The notes beneath the pieces are model-generated. The model made no database searches, was not told where the DNA came from, and saw only the letters and a list, made by a program, of their open reading frames with translations. A stretch of 64,000 nucleotides of DNA from Nitrospirota bacterium (GTDB lineage Bacteria; Nitrospirota; UBA9217): positions 1,760,001 to 1,824,000 of the forward strand of contig OY760142.1 in assembly GCA_963663225.1 (NCBI GenBank), in the 5' to 3' direction. The position numbers were made by a program, and so were the translations under genes. Shown here one piece after another: positions 18,745-27,976 of the stretch; position 1 is the stretch's first letter; each line of letters begins with the position of its first letter.

Positions 18745-19481
18745 ATCGGTTTCATTCCGTTTCGTTCATCTCTGTCGATCTGGCCATCGCGAAAATGAAT
18801 GACCCGGTCTGCATATAATGCCATTTCCGGCTCATGTGTAACCATGACAATGGTAATCCCCTGTTCTTTGTTGAATGCTGTCAGCAGTTCCATGACTTCC
18901 CGGCTGCGCACGGAATCAAGATTTCCCGTGGGCTCATCAGCCAGAAGCAGAACAGGATCGCTCACGATGGCTCGTGCGATAGCGACCCGCTGCTGCTGCC
19001 CTCCGGACAGTTCTCCTGGAGAATGAGCTTCCCACCCCTGCAATCCGACTGCGTTCAGAGATTTTTTTGCGCGTGTATGACGCTCTTCTGCGGAAAGACC
19101 CCGATATATCAGCGGCAGCTCTATGTTTTCCAGTGCTGATGTCCTGTTTAGAAGGTTGAATCCCTGGAAAATAAAGCCCAGATAATGGCGACGTAGCCGT
19201 GCACGCTGGTCCCGGGAAAGCTTACCGACATCCACACCTTCGAACAGATACGCACCCGAAGTAGGAACATCAAGACAACCGACTATGTTCATGCACGTGG
19301 ATTTTCCCGATCCGCTTGGGCCCATTACTGCTACGAACTCACCTGCCGTGATCCGGATATTGATGCCGACTAGAGCATGCATCGCCGCCTGGCCGGAACC
19401 GTAAATTTTGCTTACATCCCGCAACTCAATGAGCGGATTGCCGTTTCGAATGTGTGGTGGATTTAACTCGTCGGTATTCAT
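18741..19481 (-). CDS. MacB/LolD-type ABC ATPase
   Basis: GPSGSGKST, LSGGQQQRVAIARA, LLADEPTGNLD, MVTHE. Confidence 0.95.
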   Translation of the reverse strand: MNTDELNPPHIRNGNPLIELRDVSKIYGSGQAAMHALVGINIRITAGEFVAVMGPSGSGKSTCMNIVGCLDVPTSGAYLFEGVDVGKLSRDQRARLRRHYLGFIFQGFNLLNRTSALENIELPLIYRGLSAEERHTRAKKSLNAVGLQGWEAHSPGELSGGQQQRVAIARAIVSDPVLLLADEPTGNLDSVRSREVMELLTAFNKEQGITIVMVTHEPEMALYADRVIHFRDGQIDRDERNGMKPI

Positions 19482-20773
19482 TTGCCGGTATTTTCCCGAT
19501 CTACAAGCAGTTTTGTGCCCTCCAGAAGATTTCCTCCCGTTATTTCAGTCAGAAGTCCATCGGTAGAACCAGTCGTGACCGCAACGGCCGCAGGTTCGCC
19601 ATTTTGCAGGGTCCAGACAAGCTGTTGTTTTTTATTGCGATCCAGTCCGTTTTGCTGGTTGGAAGTCGAATGAGGCGGGTGCGGCAGCAGCTGGGCCAGA
19701 AGGCCATTTTTCCCTTCTGAATTTTCTTTCGATGCCGGTGGAGTGAATCGTAACGCTGCCGAGGGAACCAGAAGCGCATTTTCTATTTTTTGAACAACGA
19801 TATCGGCGGTAGCCGTCATTCCCGGCCGAAGTGCCAAATCAGGATTATTAACATGTAACACGGTTTCGTAGGTCACGACGCCGGATGTTGTCGAAGAACC
19901 ATAACGTACTTGGACAATCTGCGCCTCAAATATCCGGTTTGGATAGGCTGCGACACTGAATGTTGCTTTCTGGCCCTTTTGCACCTTTCCTACGTCCGCT
20001 TCATCAACATTCACGTGCAATTCCATTTGCGTCAGGTCCTCAGCCAGGGTGAACAGTACCGGTGTCTCCAGGGAAGAAGCCACCGTTTGGCCGGGTTCTA
20101 TTTTGCGGGTCAGTACGATACCGTTGATAGGGGATCGGATGACTGCCTTGGAGATATCTGTCTCGTTTGCTTGGTGAGAGCCCTGGGCCTGAGCAACCGC
20201 CGCGACAGCACCGGCGGCATCCGCATTCGCCCGAGCGAAATTCGCTTCGGCCGCATCCATGTCAGACTGGGAAGGGACCCTGTTGTTGCTTAACTCACGG
20301 ACTTTTTTGTATTGCGCAAGTTTGGCTCTGGTTTCATCAACTGTTGCCTGTGTCTGAACCACTTTTGCCTTTGCGGATTCCAGGGCGGCTTTCGATTGAA
20401 TTGTCTGCGCTTCCAGCTTTGAGATGTCCAGCCTGGCCAGTACCTGACCGATCTTCACACGGTCGTTGTGGTCCACCGCGACGCTTTTGATGGTGCCGGA
20501 CAGCTCACATCCGACGCTGACGGTATGACGGCTGTATAATGTCCCCGTGGCGGTCACCGTTACCGTCAGATTTCCCCGTTTTGCCTCCTGAAATTTAAAC
20601 TGAGCCGGTGTACTTTTTGCCAGGGAGAACCAGGCGACTGTGAGCAGAAGCATAGCAACTATCGCGATACCCGTCACAACGAGCAATTTTTTTCTTTTTT
20701 GAACCGGGCCGGAGGGATCTGATACCCCGAGCAGGTGCTCAATATCAAACTTTTGCTCTGTGTTTGTTTGCAT
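19478..20773 (-). CDS. MacA-like periplasmic adaptor (membrane fusion protein)
   Basis: N-terminal TM, VTATGTL..SGTI..VKIGQVLA, IRSPINGIV, VDEADVGKV, LRPGMTA. Confidence 0.9.
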   Translation of the reverse strand: MQTNTEQKFDIEHLLGVSDPSGPVQKRKKLLVVTGIAIVAMLLLTVAWFSLAKSTPAQFKFQEAKRGNLTVTVTATGTLYSRHTVSVGCELSGTIKSVAVDHNDRVKIGQVLARLDISKLEAQTIQSKAALESAKAKVVQTQATVDETRAKLAQYKKVRELSNNRVPSQSDMDAAEANFARANADAAGAVAAVAQAQGSHQANETDISKAVIRSPINGIVLTRKIEPGQTVASSLETPVLFTLAEDLTQMELHVNVDEADVGKVQKGQKATFSVAAYPNRIFEAQIVQVRYGSSTTSGVVTYETVLHVNNPDLALRPGMTATADIVVQKIENALLVPSAALRFTPPASKENSEGKNGLLAQLLPHPPHSTSNQQNGLDRNKKQQLVWTLQNGEPAAVAVTTGSTDGLLTEITGGNLLEGTKLLVDRENTGK

Positions 20774-20788
20774 AGGTGTTCCCTTCCG

Positions 20789-22267
20789 TTATGTTCTCCG
20801 TGCTTTTTCAGTTGCCCCGGTCGCAGACCCCATCGGTGTCCATCCGCCGCCAAGGGCTTTGTACAACCTGATCAGATCGGCCGTGACTTCTGCTTCACTC
20901 GTGGCGAGCGAATCCTGAAAGGTCAATAAAGAGCGCTGTGTTTCCAGAACGGTCTGAAAGTCAATCAACCCCGATTCATACCGGCTTTTGGCAAGTTCCG
21001 CAGCCCGCTGCGCTGCCTGAGTCGCATCAGAAAGCGACTGCCGATGAAGTTGCTCCTGTATAAAGGCCATAAGGGCATTATTAACACCTTGCAGGGCAGA
21101 GAGAACGGCAGCCTCATACTGGACGAGATATTGTTCCTGCACTGCGTTTTGCACTTCGATATTTTTTCGTATTTTCCCGGCGTCAAATATATTCCAGGTT
21201 ATCGATGGGCCGAATCCATACACTCTGTTGCCGTATGTGAAAAGACTTCCCGCGGAGAGAGCCTCGAAGCCTATGGAGCCACTCAGCGTGATTTTAGGAT
21301 AAAAGTCCGCCGTTGCGACACCGATTTGGGCTGTTTGTGCAGCAAGTTTTCGTTCAGCACGTCTGACGTCCGGCCTGTTTCTCAGCACGTCGGCAGGAAT
21401 GCCTATGGCAACCTCAGCCGGCGCAACGGGGATGGCTTTTCGCTCCGATAACTCTGCATCCAGATATCCCGGATGCTTGCCGAGCAGCAAGCACAATGCA
21501 TTTTTGGATTTTTCGAGGCTGGTTCTGAGGGGAGGGATTGTGGCACGGGTCTGTTCAAGATTGTACCGGGCTTGCTCAACATCGAGCGCAGTTGACAGCC
21601 CGGCTTCGTACTTCCACGATGTTATTTGATGCGTTTCCTGCTGAGAATCGCGGTTTGATTCGGCGATGTTGAGCCTGGTCTGATACGTGCGAACATCAAC
21701 ATAATTCAGGGCCACCTCAGCGGTCAATGTCACTAGTACGTCACGCAGGTCTTCTTCTGTCGCCTCCAGAGTCCCTTGGGCAGCTTCAACGCTTCGTCGT
21801 TTGCCGCCGAATATATCTAGCTCCCAACTGGCGTCAAACCCGGTGGAATAAAGTTCTTCTGTACCGCTCGTGCTGTGGTTTTTCGAAGCAGTTGCAGTCG
21901 CGTCGACTGAAGGAAACTGATCTGCAGCGCTGACACCTCGCTGCGCTCTCGCTTCACGCACGCGGGCCTTGGCTTCCCGCAGGTCGAGATTGTTTTGCAC
22001 TGCGCGGTCTATCAGGCTTGACAGCACAGGATCATTGAGTTTTGTCCACCAGTTTGCCAGTGATTTTCCATCGAGAGACATTGTTGTGGAGGATACGAGT
22101 GTGTGGTTCCACTGGTCAGGAAGCGTCAGCTCCGGCCTCCGGTAATCCGGTCCGACTGAAGCGCATCCGGTAAATGAGAAAAAAATAAAGAGGAATATGA
22201 AGGTTTTTTCCTTTATGAATTCGAATAAATGACTTCGATATTTATTGTTTTTATGGTATTGGTTCAT
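20789..22267 (-). CDS. NodT/OprM-family outer-membrane efflux lipoprotein
   Basis: FTGCASVGPDY lipobox, WW..LNDPVL, ASWELDIFG, RPDVRRAE, LYKALGGGW. Confidence 0.95.
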   Translation of the reverse strand: MNQYHKNNKYRSHLFEFIKEKTFIFLFIFFSFTGCASVGPDYRRPELTLPDQWNHTLVSSTTMSLDGKSLANWWTKLNDPVLSSLIDRAVQNNLDLREAKARVREARAQRGVSAADQFPSVDATATASKNHSTSGTEELYSTGFDASWELDIFGGKRRSVEAAQGTLEATEEDLRDVLVTLTAEVALNYVDVRTYQTRLNIAESNRDSQQETHQITSWKYEAGLSTALDVEQARYNLEQTRATIPPLRTSLEKSKNALCLLLGKHPGYLDAELSERKAIPVAPAEVAIGIPADVLRNRPDVRRAERKLAAQTAQIGVATADFYPKITLSGSIGFEALSAGSLFTYGNRVYGFGPSITWNIFDAGKIRKNIEVQNAVQEQYLVQYEAAVLSALQGVNNALMAFIQEQLHRQSLSDATQAAQRAAELAKSRYESGLIDFQTVLETQRSLLTFQDSLATSEAEVTADLIRLYKALGGGWTPMGSATGATEKARRT

Positions 22268-22325
22268 TTTTAGATCTTTTTTAACTATTGTTGATTTTCT
22301 TGGTTACTTATATGCCGCAAACATT

Positions 22326-22361
22326 AAAAAGGGGCAGTCAGCCGGGGGGCGGCTGACTGCC
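22326..22361 (-). terminator. Rho-independent terminator between the spy-like gene and the efflux genes
   Basis: 12-bp stem ggcagtcagccg/cggctgactgcc, followed on the minus strand by CC-TTTTT. Confidence 0.75.
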
Positions 22362-22434
22362 AAAAGAGACACAGTTGCACTTGAAGCAGTTCCTTACGCT
22401 CGCAAAGCACACTAACTTCTTAATGGGCCGCAGA

Positions 22435-22968
22435 CTAGCTGGTTTGCTGTTTTTTGGAAGAAACATCTTCCTTTTCGGGCGGAGTTTTGAATTTTTTCCT
22501 TTGCTCGGGCGTTAATTTTGATTTGATCTCTTCCATTGCTTTTATATGCATGAGATGGATTTCCGCCATGAGCGTTTCTGTTTTCTTTACTGCCGCTTCG
22601 GCAGCGCTCAAATCCACGGTTTCTCGGTCGAGGATGTCTTTCAGTTCTATTCTGGTTATTTCAATATCCGCCCGCTTCCTGATGGTGCTTTTCATCACTT
22701 TGCTGTTTATTTCCTTGATCGCTTCTTTCTGCTTTTCATCAAGACCGAGCCCCATAAGACGTTTGTTGATAAAAGACTCCGGGCCCGGCATTCCGCCTCT
22801 CTGGTCGAATCCTCGATGCATCAGGGGATGCCCCGCAGGGTTATCCTGCCCAGGGATATCTTTCCCGACCATGATCCCTGCTGCGCATCCTGGCTCAGCG
22901 TATAAAGAGTATGACGCGAAAAAAAGAAACAAAAAACCTGCACACAGTCCTGATAATATCTTCTTCAT
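22435..22968 (-). CDS. Spy/CpxP-family periplasmic chaperone
   Basis: Signal peptide, LGLDEKQKEAI and LTPEQRKKF (LTxxQ motifs). Confidence 0.85.
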   Translation of the reverse strand: MKKILSGLCAGFLFLFFASYSLYAEPGCAAGIMVGKDIPGQDNPAGHPLMHRGFDQRGGMPGPESFINKRLMGLGLDEKQKEAIKEINSKVMKSTIRKRADIEITRIELKDILDRETVDLSAAEAAVKKTETLMAEIHLMHIKAMEEIKSKLTPEQRKKFKTPPEKEDVSSKKQQTS

Positions 22969-23084
22969 AATAATCACAATCCTTTCTTCCGGCCGCACCG
23001 AGGGAACCGTCGTAGACAGCGGCGGCCAAAACCGTTGTTAATTTTTTATTTTCTCTCCTTATTTATGCCGAAACAATATGCTTA

Positions 23085-23405
23085 CTATTTGCTGCTGGTA
23101 TTACCGGCATTATCTGGCGGCTTTCCCTGCGGTCCGCGCATACCGCCTTCCGGCACGGCTGCCAGCGTACTGTTGATCAGTTTGCAGACTCCCGTGAGCG
23201 TGTCGCCCCGTGGAGTAGTAAATTGGACGCTTGTCCCTTCGCTTTTGCCTTTGCATGCGGCAATTGCTTCCGGCGGAGGTCCCATGGGAGGACGTCCTTG
23301 CGGTCTGTTGCTGTCTGTGCTGCTTGCGGTGTCTGCGGCGGCGGGCAGGCTTCCCATAACAAGGAGAAGCAAGCATGCCGTTATTCCGACCACATATTTT
23401 TCCAT
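23085..23405 (-). CDS. Small periplasmic Pro/Gly-rich protein with two Cys
   Basis: Signal peptide, GPPPEAIAACKGKSEG..FTTPRGDTLTGVC. AAGGTG RBS. Confidence 0.75.
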   Translation of the reverse strand: MEKYVVGITACLLLLVMGSLPAAADTASSTDSNRPQGRPPMGPPPEAIAACKGKSEGTSVQFTTPRGDTLTGVCKLINSTLAAVPEGGMRGPQGKPPDNAGNTSSK

Positions 23406-23478
23406 AGCATCACCTTCTTTCCTGCATCCAAATCTGCATCGGCATTAAGTGGCTGTGTTGATGACAAGATACCGGACG

Positions 23479-23512
23479 AATGTGGCGCAATTATGGAAGA
23501 ATTGTGGAAATT
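23479..23512 (-). promoter_or_regulatory. BaeR-type binding site (three 11-bp direct repeats)
   Basis: Minus strand ttCCACAattcttCCATAattgcgCCACAtt resembles the E. coli BaeR box (TTCTCCATDATTGGC). It lies in the divergent gap between baeS and the spy/efflux genes. Confidence 0.7.
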
Positions 23513-23583
23513 TGAGCATGCAGTTTTTTTGTCTTGACGCTTATTGAGGATAGCAATAAACTGAAATCAGGAGCTTCGACGGA

Positions 23584-25023
23584 ATGATGAAAAAAGGGAT
23601 TACCTACCGACTATTTCTTTCCATGCTTGCGGCCACCGGCTTGGCAATTCTGAGCCTGTTTTTGATCATGCAATGGAGCATAGACCGTGGTTTTTATCAA
23701 TATCTCAGCACGGTGGACCAAGCGCGCCTGGAGCAGATTGCGTCCGATCTGGAACAGGGATATGAGCAGCACGGGAACTGGGACTATTTAAGGGATGCCC
23801 CCCCGCGGTGGAGCCCCGCGGAAAGGACTCCGCTTTTTGGACCGGGTACTGCTCCTCCTCGTCCGCCGGAGCGAGCCGACGACAGATTTGGCCATCGTCC
23901 GCCGATGCCGCCGCCGTTCGATGAACGACTCCCCGGGGGGCCGCTTGTCATTTTGAATGCTGAAAAGAAAACAATTTTTGGATTCTATCCGGAAGGTGAG
24001 AAGCCGAACTTCCGTCCGCTTACCGTCCGGGGAAAAACGGTGGGCTATGTCGGGCTGCAGTCGCCGAAACACTTTCTCCTTCCCATGCAGGTGCAGTTTC
24101 TCAGCAAACAGAAACACGCCCTGGCCATGGCGGCCGGAGGCATGGTGCTGGTCGTCATGATTATCGCGTTTCCTCTTGCGAGAAGACTGGTCAGGCCGGT
24201 CCGTGCGATGGCCGCGGCCACGCATGACATCTCCTCCGGAAAATACGCAACGCGCATACCGGTCACCTCATCAGATGAACTCGGCCTGCTTGCCCGCGAT
24301 TTTAACAATATGGCGTTGACCCTGGAAAAACACGAGAAAGAACGCCGCCAGTGGGTCGCCGATATCTCGCATGAGTTAAGAACGCCGGTTGCCGTGCTGC
24401 GCGGTGAGATCGAGGCGCTTCTGGACGGAATACGCACCATCACTCCGGAAACGATCCGCTCGCTTCACGTGGAAGTGCTCCGCCTGAACCGTCTTGTAGA
24501 GGATCTGTATCAGTTGTCTCTGTCGGACATCGGAGCGCTGAGCTATCGGAAGGAAAATCTCGACCTGCTCCCGGTGCTGCAGAATTCTCTGGAAGCGTTC
24601 CGTGCGAAATTTGCGCGCAAGGGAATTACGCTTTCACCTCCGCGTGTACATGATGCGGAAGCCCGGATTTTTGGCGACCGGGAACGTTTGAACCAGCTTT
24701 TTGCGAATCTGCTCGAGAATGCATTGCGATATACAGATGCCGGCGGAACGCTGAATGTGAGTTTTTCTATCAGCAGCAATACAGTTACCATAGAACTGCT
24801 GGATTCCGCACCCGGTGTTCCGGAGCAGGACTTGGTGCGGTTGTTTGACCGCCTCTATCGCGTGGAAGGGTCCCGGAGCCGGATATCAGGCGGCGCCGGA
24901 CTCGGTCTGGCAATCTGCAAGAATATCGTCGAAGCCCACGAAGGAACCATCTCGGCGCACCCGTCTCCGCTGGGAGGGCTGATGATCAGAATCAGCCTGC
25001 CTGTTGCCGGGAGTCATTTATGA
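23584..25023 (+). CDS. baeS: BaeS-like sensor histidine kinase
   Basis: Two TMs, HAMP (SSDELGLLARDFN), ADISHELRTP, QLFANLLENALRYTDAGG, DSAPGV, GGAGLGLAIC. Confidence 0.9.
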   Translation: MMKKGITYRLFLSMLAATGLAILSLFLIMQWSIDRGFYQYLSTVDQARLEQIASDLEQGYEQHGNWDYLRDAPPRWSPAERTPLFGPGTAPPRPPERADDRFGHRPPMPPPFDERLPGGPLVILNAEKKTIFGFYPEGEKPNFRPLTVRGKTVGYVGLQSPKHFLLPMQVQFLSKQKHALAMAAGGMVLVVMIIAFPLARRLVRPVRAMAAATHDISSGKYATRIPVTSSDELGLLARDFNNMALTLEKHEKERRQWVADISHELRTPVAVLRGEIEALLDGIRTITPETIRSLHVEVLRLNRLVEDLYQLSLSDIGALSYRKENLDLLPVLQNSLEAFRAKFARKGITLSPPRVHDAEARIFGDRERLNQLFANLLENALRYTDAGGTLNVSFSISSNTVTIELLDSAPGVPEQDLVRLFDRLYRVEGSRSRISGGAGLGLAICKNIVEAHEGTISAHPSPLGGLMIRISLPVAGSHL

Positions 25024-25691
25024 ACGGGGAAATTTTTATTATTGAAGACGAACCAAAGCTGTCATCCTTGCTTGTAGACTATCTGAAAGCGGCGGGGTTC
25101 GCCACGTTTCCACTATTGGATGGAACGGAGGCTGTAGACAGAATCAGGGAGCGCAAACCGGAGTTGGTCCTTTTGGACTTGATGTTGCCTGGACGCGACG
25201 GGATGGATATCTGCAAGGAAGTGCGGACTTTCTCACGGATTCCTATCATTATAGTGACGGCCAGGATCGAGGAAATCGACCGTCTGCTCGGCCTCGAACT
25301 CGGAGCAGACGACTATATCTGCAAACCGTTCAGTCCGCGTGAAGTGGTAGCCCGCGTCAAGGCCGTTCTCCGGCGTACGCGTGACGGGGGCGCCATACAG
25401 GCCAAAGGGCTTGTTCTGGACGAATACGCATATCGTGCCATGCTGCACGGCCAGGATTTGAAGCTCACGGCCGTCGAATTCAAACTTCTGCAGCTTCTTG
25501 TGGAGCATCCCGGCAGAATATATGGCCGCCAGCAGATCATGGAAAAGATTTATTATGATGACCGTTTTGTAAGCGACCGCACGGTTGACAGCCATATTAA
25601 AAAGCTTCGCAGAAAAATTGAAGCGGTCCTCCCCGAGCCGGTGCTGATCCATTCTGTATACGGAGTCGGGTATAAGTTTGAACAGGAATAA
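25020..25691 (+). CDS. baeR: BaeR-like response regulator
   Basis: EDEPKL, LDLMLPGRDG, EEIDRLLGLELGADDYICKPFSPREVVARV, DRTVDSHIKKLRRK, SVYGVGY. Confidence 0.9.
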   Translation: MNGEIFIIEDEPKLSSLLVDYLKAAGFATFPLLDGTEAVDRIRERKPELVLLDLMLPGRDGMDICKEVRTFSRIPIIIVTARIEEIDRLLGLELGADDYICKPFSPREVVARVKAVLRRTRDGGAIQAKGLVLDEYAYRAMLHGQDLKLTAVEFKLLQLLVEHPGRIYGRQQIMEKIYYDDRFVSDRTVDSHIKKLRRKIEAVLPEPVLIHSVYGVGYKFEQE

Positions 25692-25998
25692 CGAGAGTAT
25701 CGAGAGCCCGTCCGGGCATATCTGAATTAAACTATGGCGTGCCGGACCCCTTTGCCGTATTTTTTCTCCTTCTCAAAAAAATTCTGTTTTCTTCCTTAAA
25801 TAACTCCGTTGAGCAATGCTTCTCGATGCAACCATGCGCCTGATTTGAGTTGACGGGATATTTTTGCAGATATATACTCAAAGCTGACGGAGCGTTGCTG
25901 AAAAAGCCGGAAAATTGCCGAAACTGTCCCGGCAGAGCCGGGCAGCGTATGGCCAGATATTGACGGCAATCAATTTTCAGAGAGGTTACGGTAAAGCA

Positions 25999-27741
25999 AT
26001 GAAGCATGATGAAACTGATGATAAAGCTGCGGGACAACCGGAAGAGGGGTTGTGCGCTCTGCAGCCGAACACGTCCACGCTGTCCATCATTCCCCTGGGA
26101 GGAGTGGGTGAAATCGGCCTGAACATGACCGTGCTTGAATACGATGGGGATATTCTTGTGATCGACGCCGGCCTGATGTTTCCCGACGCGGAGATGCTGG
26201 GCGTTGATATCGTGATACCTGATTTTTCCTATCTTATCGAAAACAGGGAAAAAGTCCGCGCAGTGGTGCTCACCCATGCTCATGAAGACCACATCGGCGC
26301 ACTCCCCTTCCTGCTGCGTGAAGTCAAGGTCCCTGTCTACGGAACCCGCCTTACGCTCGGTTTTGTCAAAGACAAACTGGAAGAACACGATCTTGACAAG
26401 GAAATCGACCTGATTGTTGTCAAACCGAGAGACACGGTGGACATCGGCTGCTTTAAAGTCGAGTTTATCCGCGTGACGCACAGCATTGTTGACGGAGTGG
26501 GGCTCGGCATTACCACCCCGGTGGGGCGGGTCGTGCATACCGGAGATTTCAAGATCGATCCGACCCCCGTGGACGGCGAGGTTATGGACCTGCGAACCTT
26601 CAGCGAATACGGCGATAAGGGGACCCTGGTGTTTCTTTCGGACAGCACGAATGCCGCACAGGGAGGCTATACCTTTTCGGAGAAGGAAGTTCGACGGGGT
26701 CTTGAAGATATTTTCAGCCGAGCCAGAGGAAGGATTGTGGTGGCGACCTTTGCCTCAAACATTCACCGCGTACAGCAGATTGTGGATGTGGCGGTCATGT
26801 ATGGACGCAAGGTGATCCTGAACGGAAAAAGCATGATCACCAACACGCAGATAGCCCTTGAACTGGGGTATCTCAAAATGCCTCCTGAAACATGGCTCAA
26901 GATAGATTCGCTCAAGGTCCTGCCGGACGATCGGGTTGTGGTCATCACGACCGGAAGCCAGGGGGAACCCATGAGCGCTCTTTCGCGCATGGCGGCAAAC
27001 GAGCACAAACATATCCAGATTAAAAAAGGCGATACGGTCGTCCTTTCGTCCAAGATGATTCCCGGCAACGAGCGGGCCATCGCAAACATCATCAATCATC
27101 TGTTTAAACGCGGCGCGGAAGTATTTTACGAAAAAGTGTCGGAAATCCATGTTTCCGGCCACGCATCCAAAGAAGAGCTTAAGCTGATGCTGAATATCGT
27201 CAAACCGAAGTTTTTCATTCCGGTCCACGGCGAATACCGGCATCTCGTGTATCATGCCCAGCTTGCAAAAAAAGTGAACATCCCCGAGGAAAACATCTTC
27301 GTTCTCGAGGACGGCGAGGTGATGGAATTTACCGTCGACTCGGCGCGGCGCGCCGGCGTGGTAAATATCGGACGGGTGTACATCGACGGGAAAATAGCCG
27401 GCTCCACCGTGGACACGGGCGTGGACACCGTGGTGCTCAGGGACCGGAGAAAGCTCGCGCATGACGGCATCGTGATTGTGATCCTCACCATCGAAAAGGG
27501 CACCGGTGCGGTCGTATCCGGACCGGACATTGTGTCGCGCGGGTTTGTGTTCGAGGACGCCTCGCAGGATTTGCTCGCCGAGGTAAAAACGGTGGTCATG
27601 GACGCGCTGGCGATTATGATCCCGGAAGCAAAAGGAGACTGGGCGCTCGTGACCGCCCAGGTCAGGACTGCCCTCAAGAAGTTCATCAACAAACGCCTTG
27701 AGCGTAGGCCCATGATTCTGCCGATTATCATGGAAATATAA
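25999..27741 (+). CDS. rnj: Ribonuclease J
   Basis: IPLGGVGEIGLNM, LTHAHEDHIG, HTGDFKID, SDSTNA, FASNIHR, TGSQGEP, HVSGHA, PVHGEYRH. Confidence 0.97.
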   Translation: MKHDETDDKAAGQPEEGLCALQPNTSTLSIIPLGGVGEIGLNMTVLEYDGDILVIDAGLMFPDAEMLGVDIVIPDFSYLIENREKVRAVVLTHAHEDHIGALPFLLREVKVPVYGTRLTLGFVKDKLEEHDLDKEIDLIVVKPRDTVDIGCFKVEFIRVTHSIVDGVGLGITTPVGRVVHTGDFKIDPTPVDGEVMDLRTFSEYGDKGTLVFLSDSTNAAQGGYTFSEKEVRRGLEDIFSRARGRIVVATFASNIHRVQQIVDVAVMYGRKVILNGKSMITNTQIALELGYLKMPPETWLKIDSLKVLPDDRVVVITTGSQGEPMSALSRMAANEHKHIQIKKGDTVVLSSKMIPGNERAIANIINHLFKRGAEVFYEKVSEIHVSGHASKEELKLMLNIVKPKFFIPVHGEYRHLVYHAQLAKKVNIPEENIFVLEDGEVMEFTVDSARRAGVVNIGRVYIDGKIAGSTVDTGVDTVVLRDRRKLAHDGIVIVILTIEKGTGAVVSGPDIVSRGFVFEDASQDLLAEVKTVVMDALAIMIPEAKGDWALVTAQVRTALKKFINKRLERRPMILPIIMEI

Positions 27742-27976
27742 CCCTCCGTCCGGTTTTTTTGATAAGATTGCATTAATAGGCAATCATAAAAAGAAACGGA
27801 TAGCTCCACATTTAAAGCAGCTTTCATGTATTTTTGCATCTCCGCATTAATCTTTTCCTGCATTTTGTCGAATAGTTATTCTGTGGTTGTTGAATCACCA
27901 GCGTTTTTTGAAACAGCAATGCAGTTTCACACGGCGAAGGTTTTTTGAAAGGATGTTTTCCCGGGGAGGAAACTCT

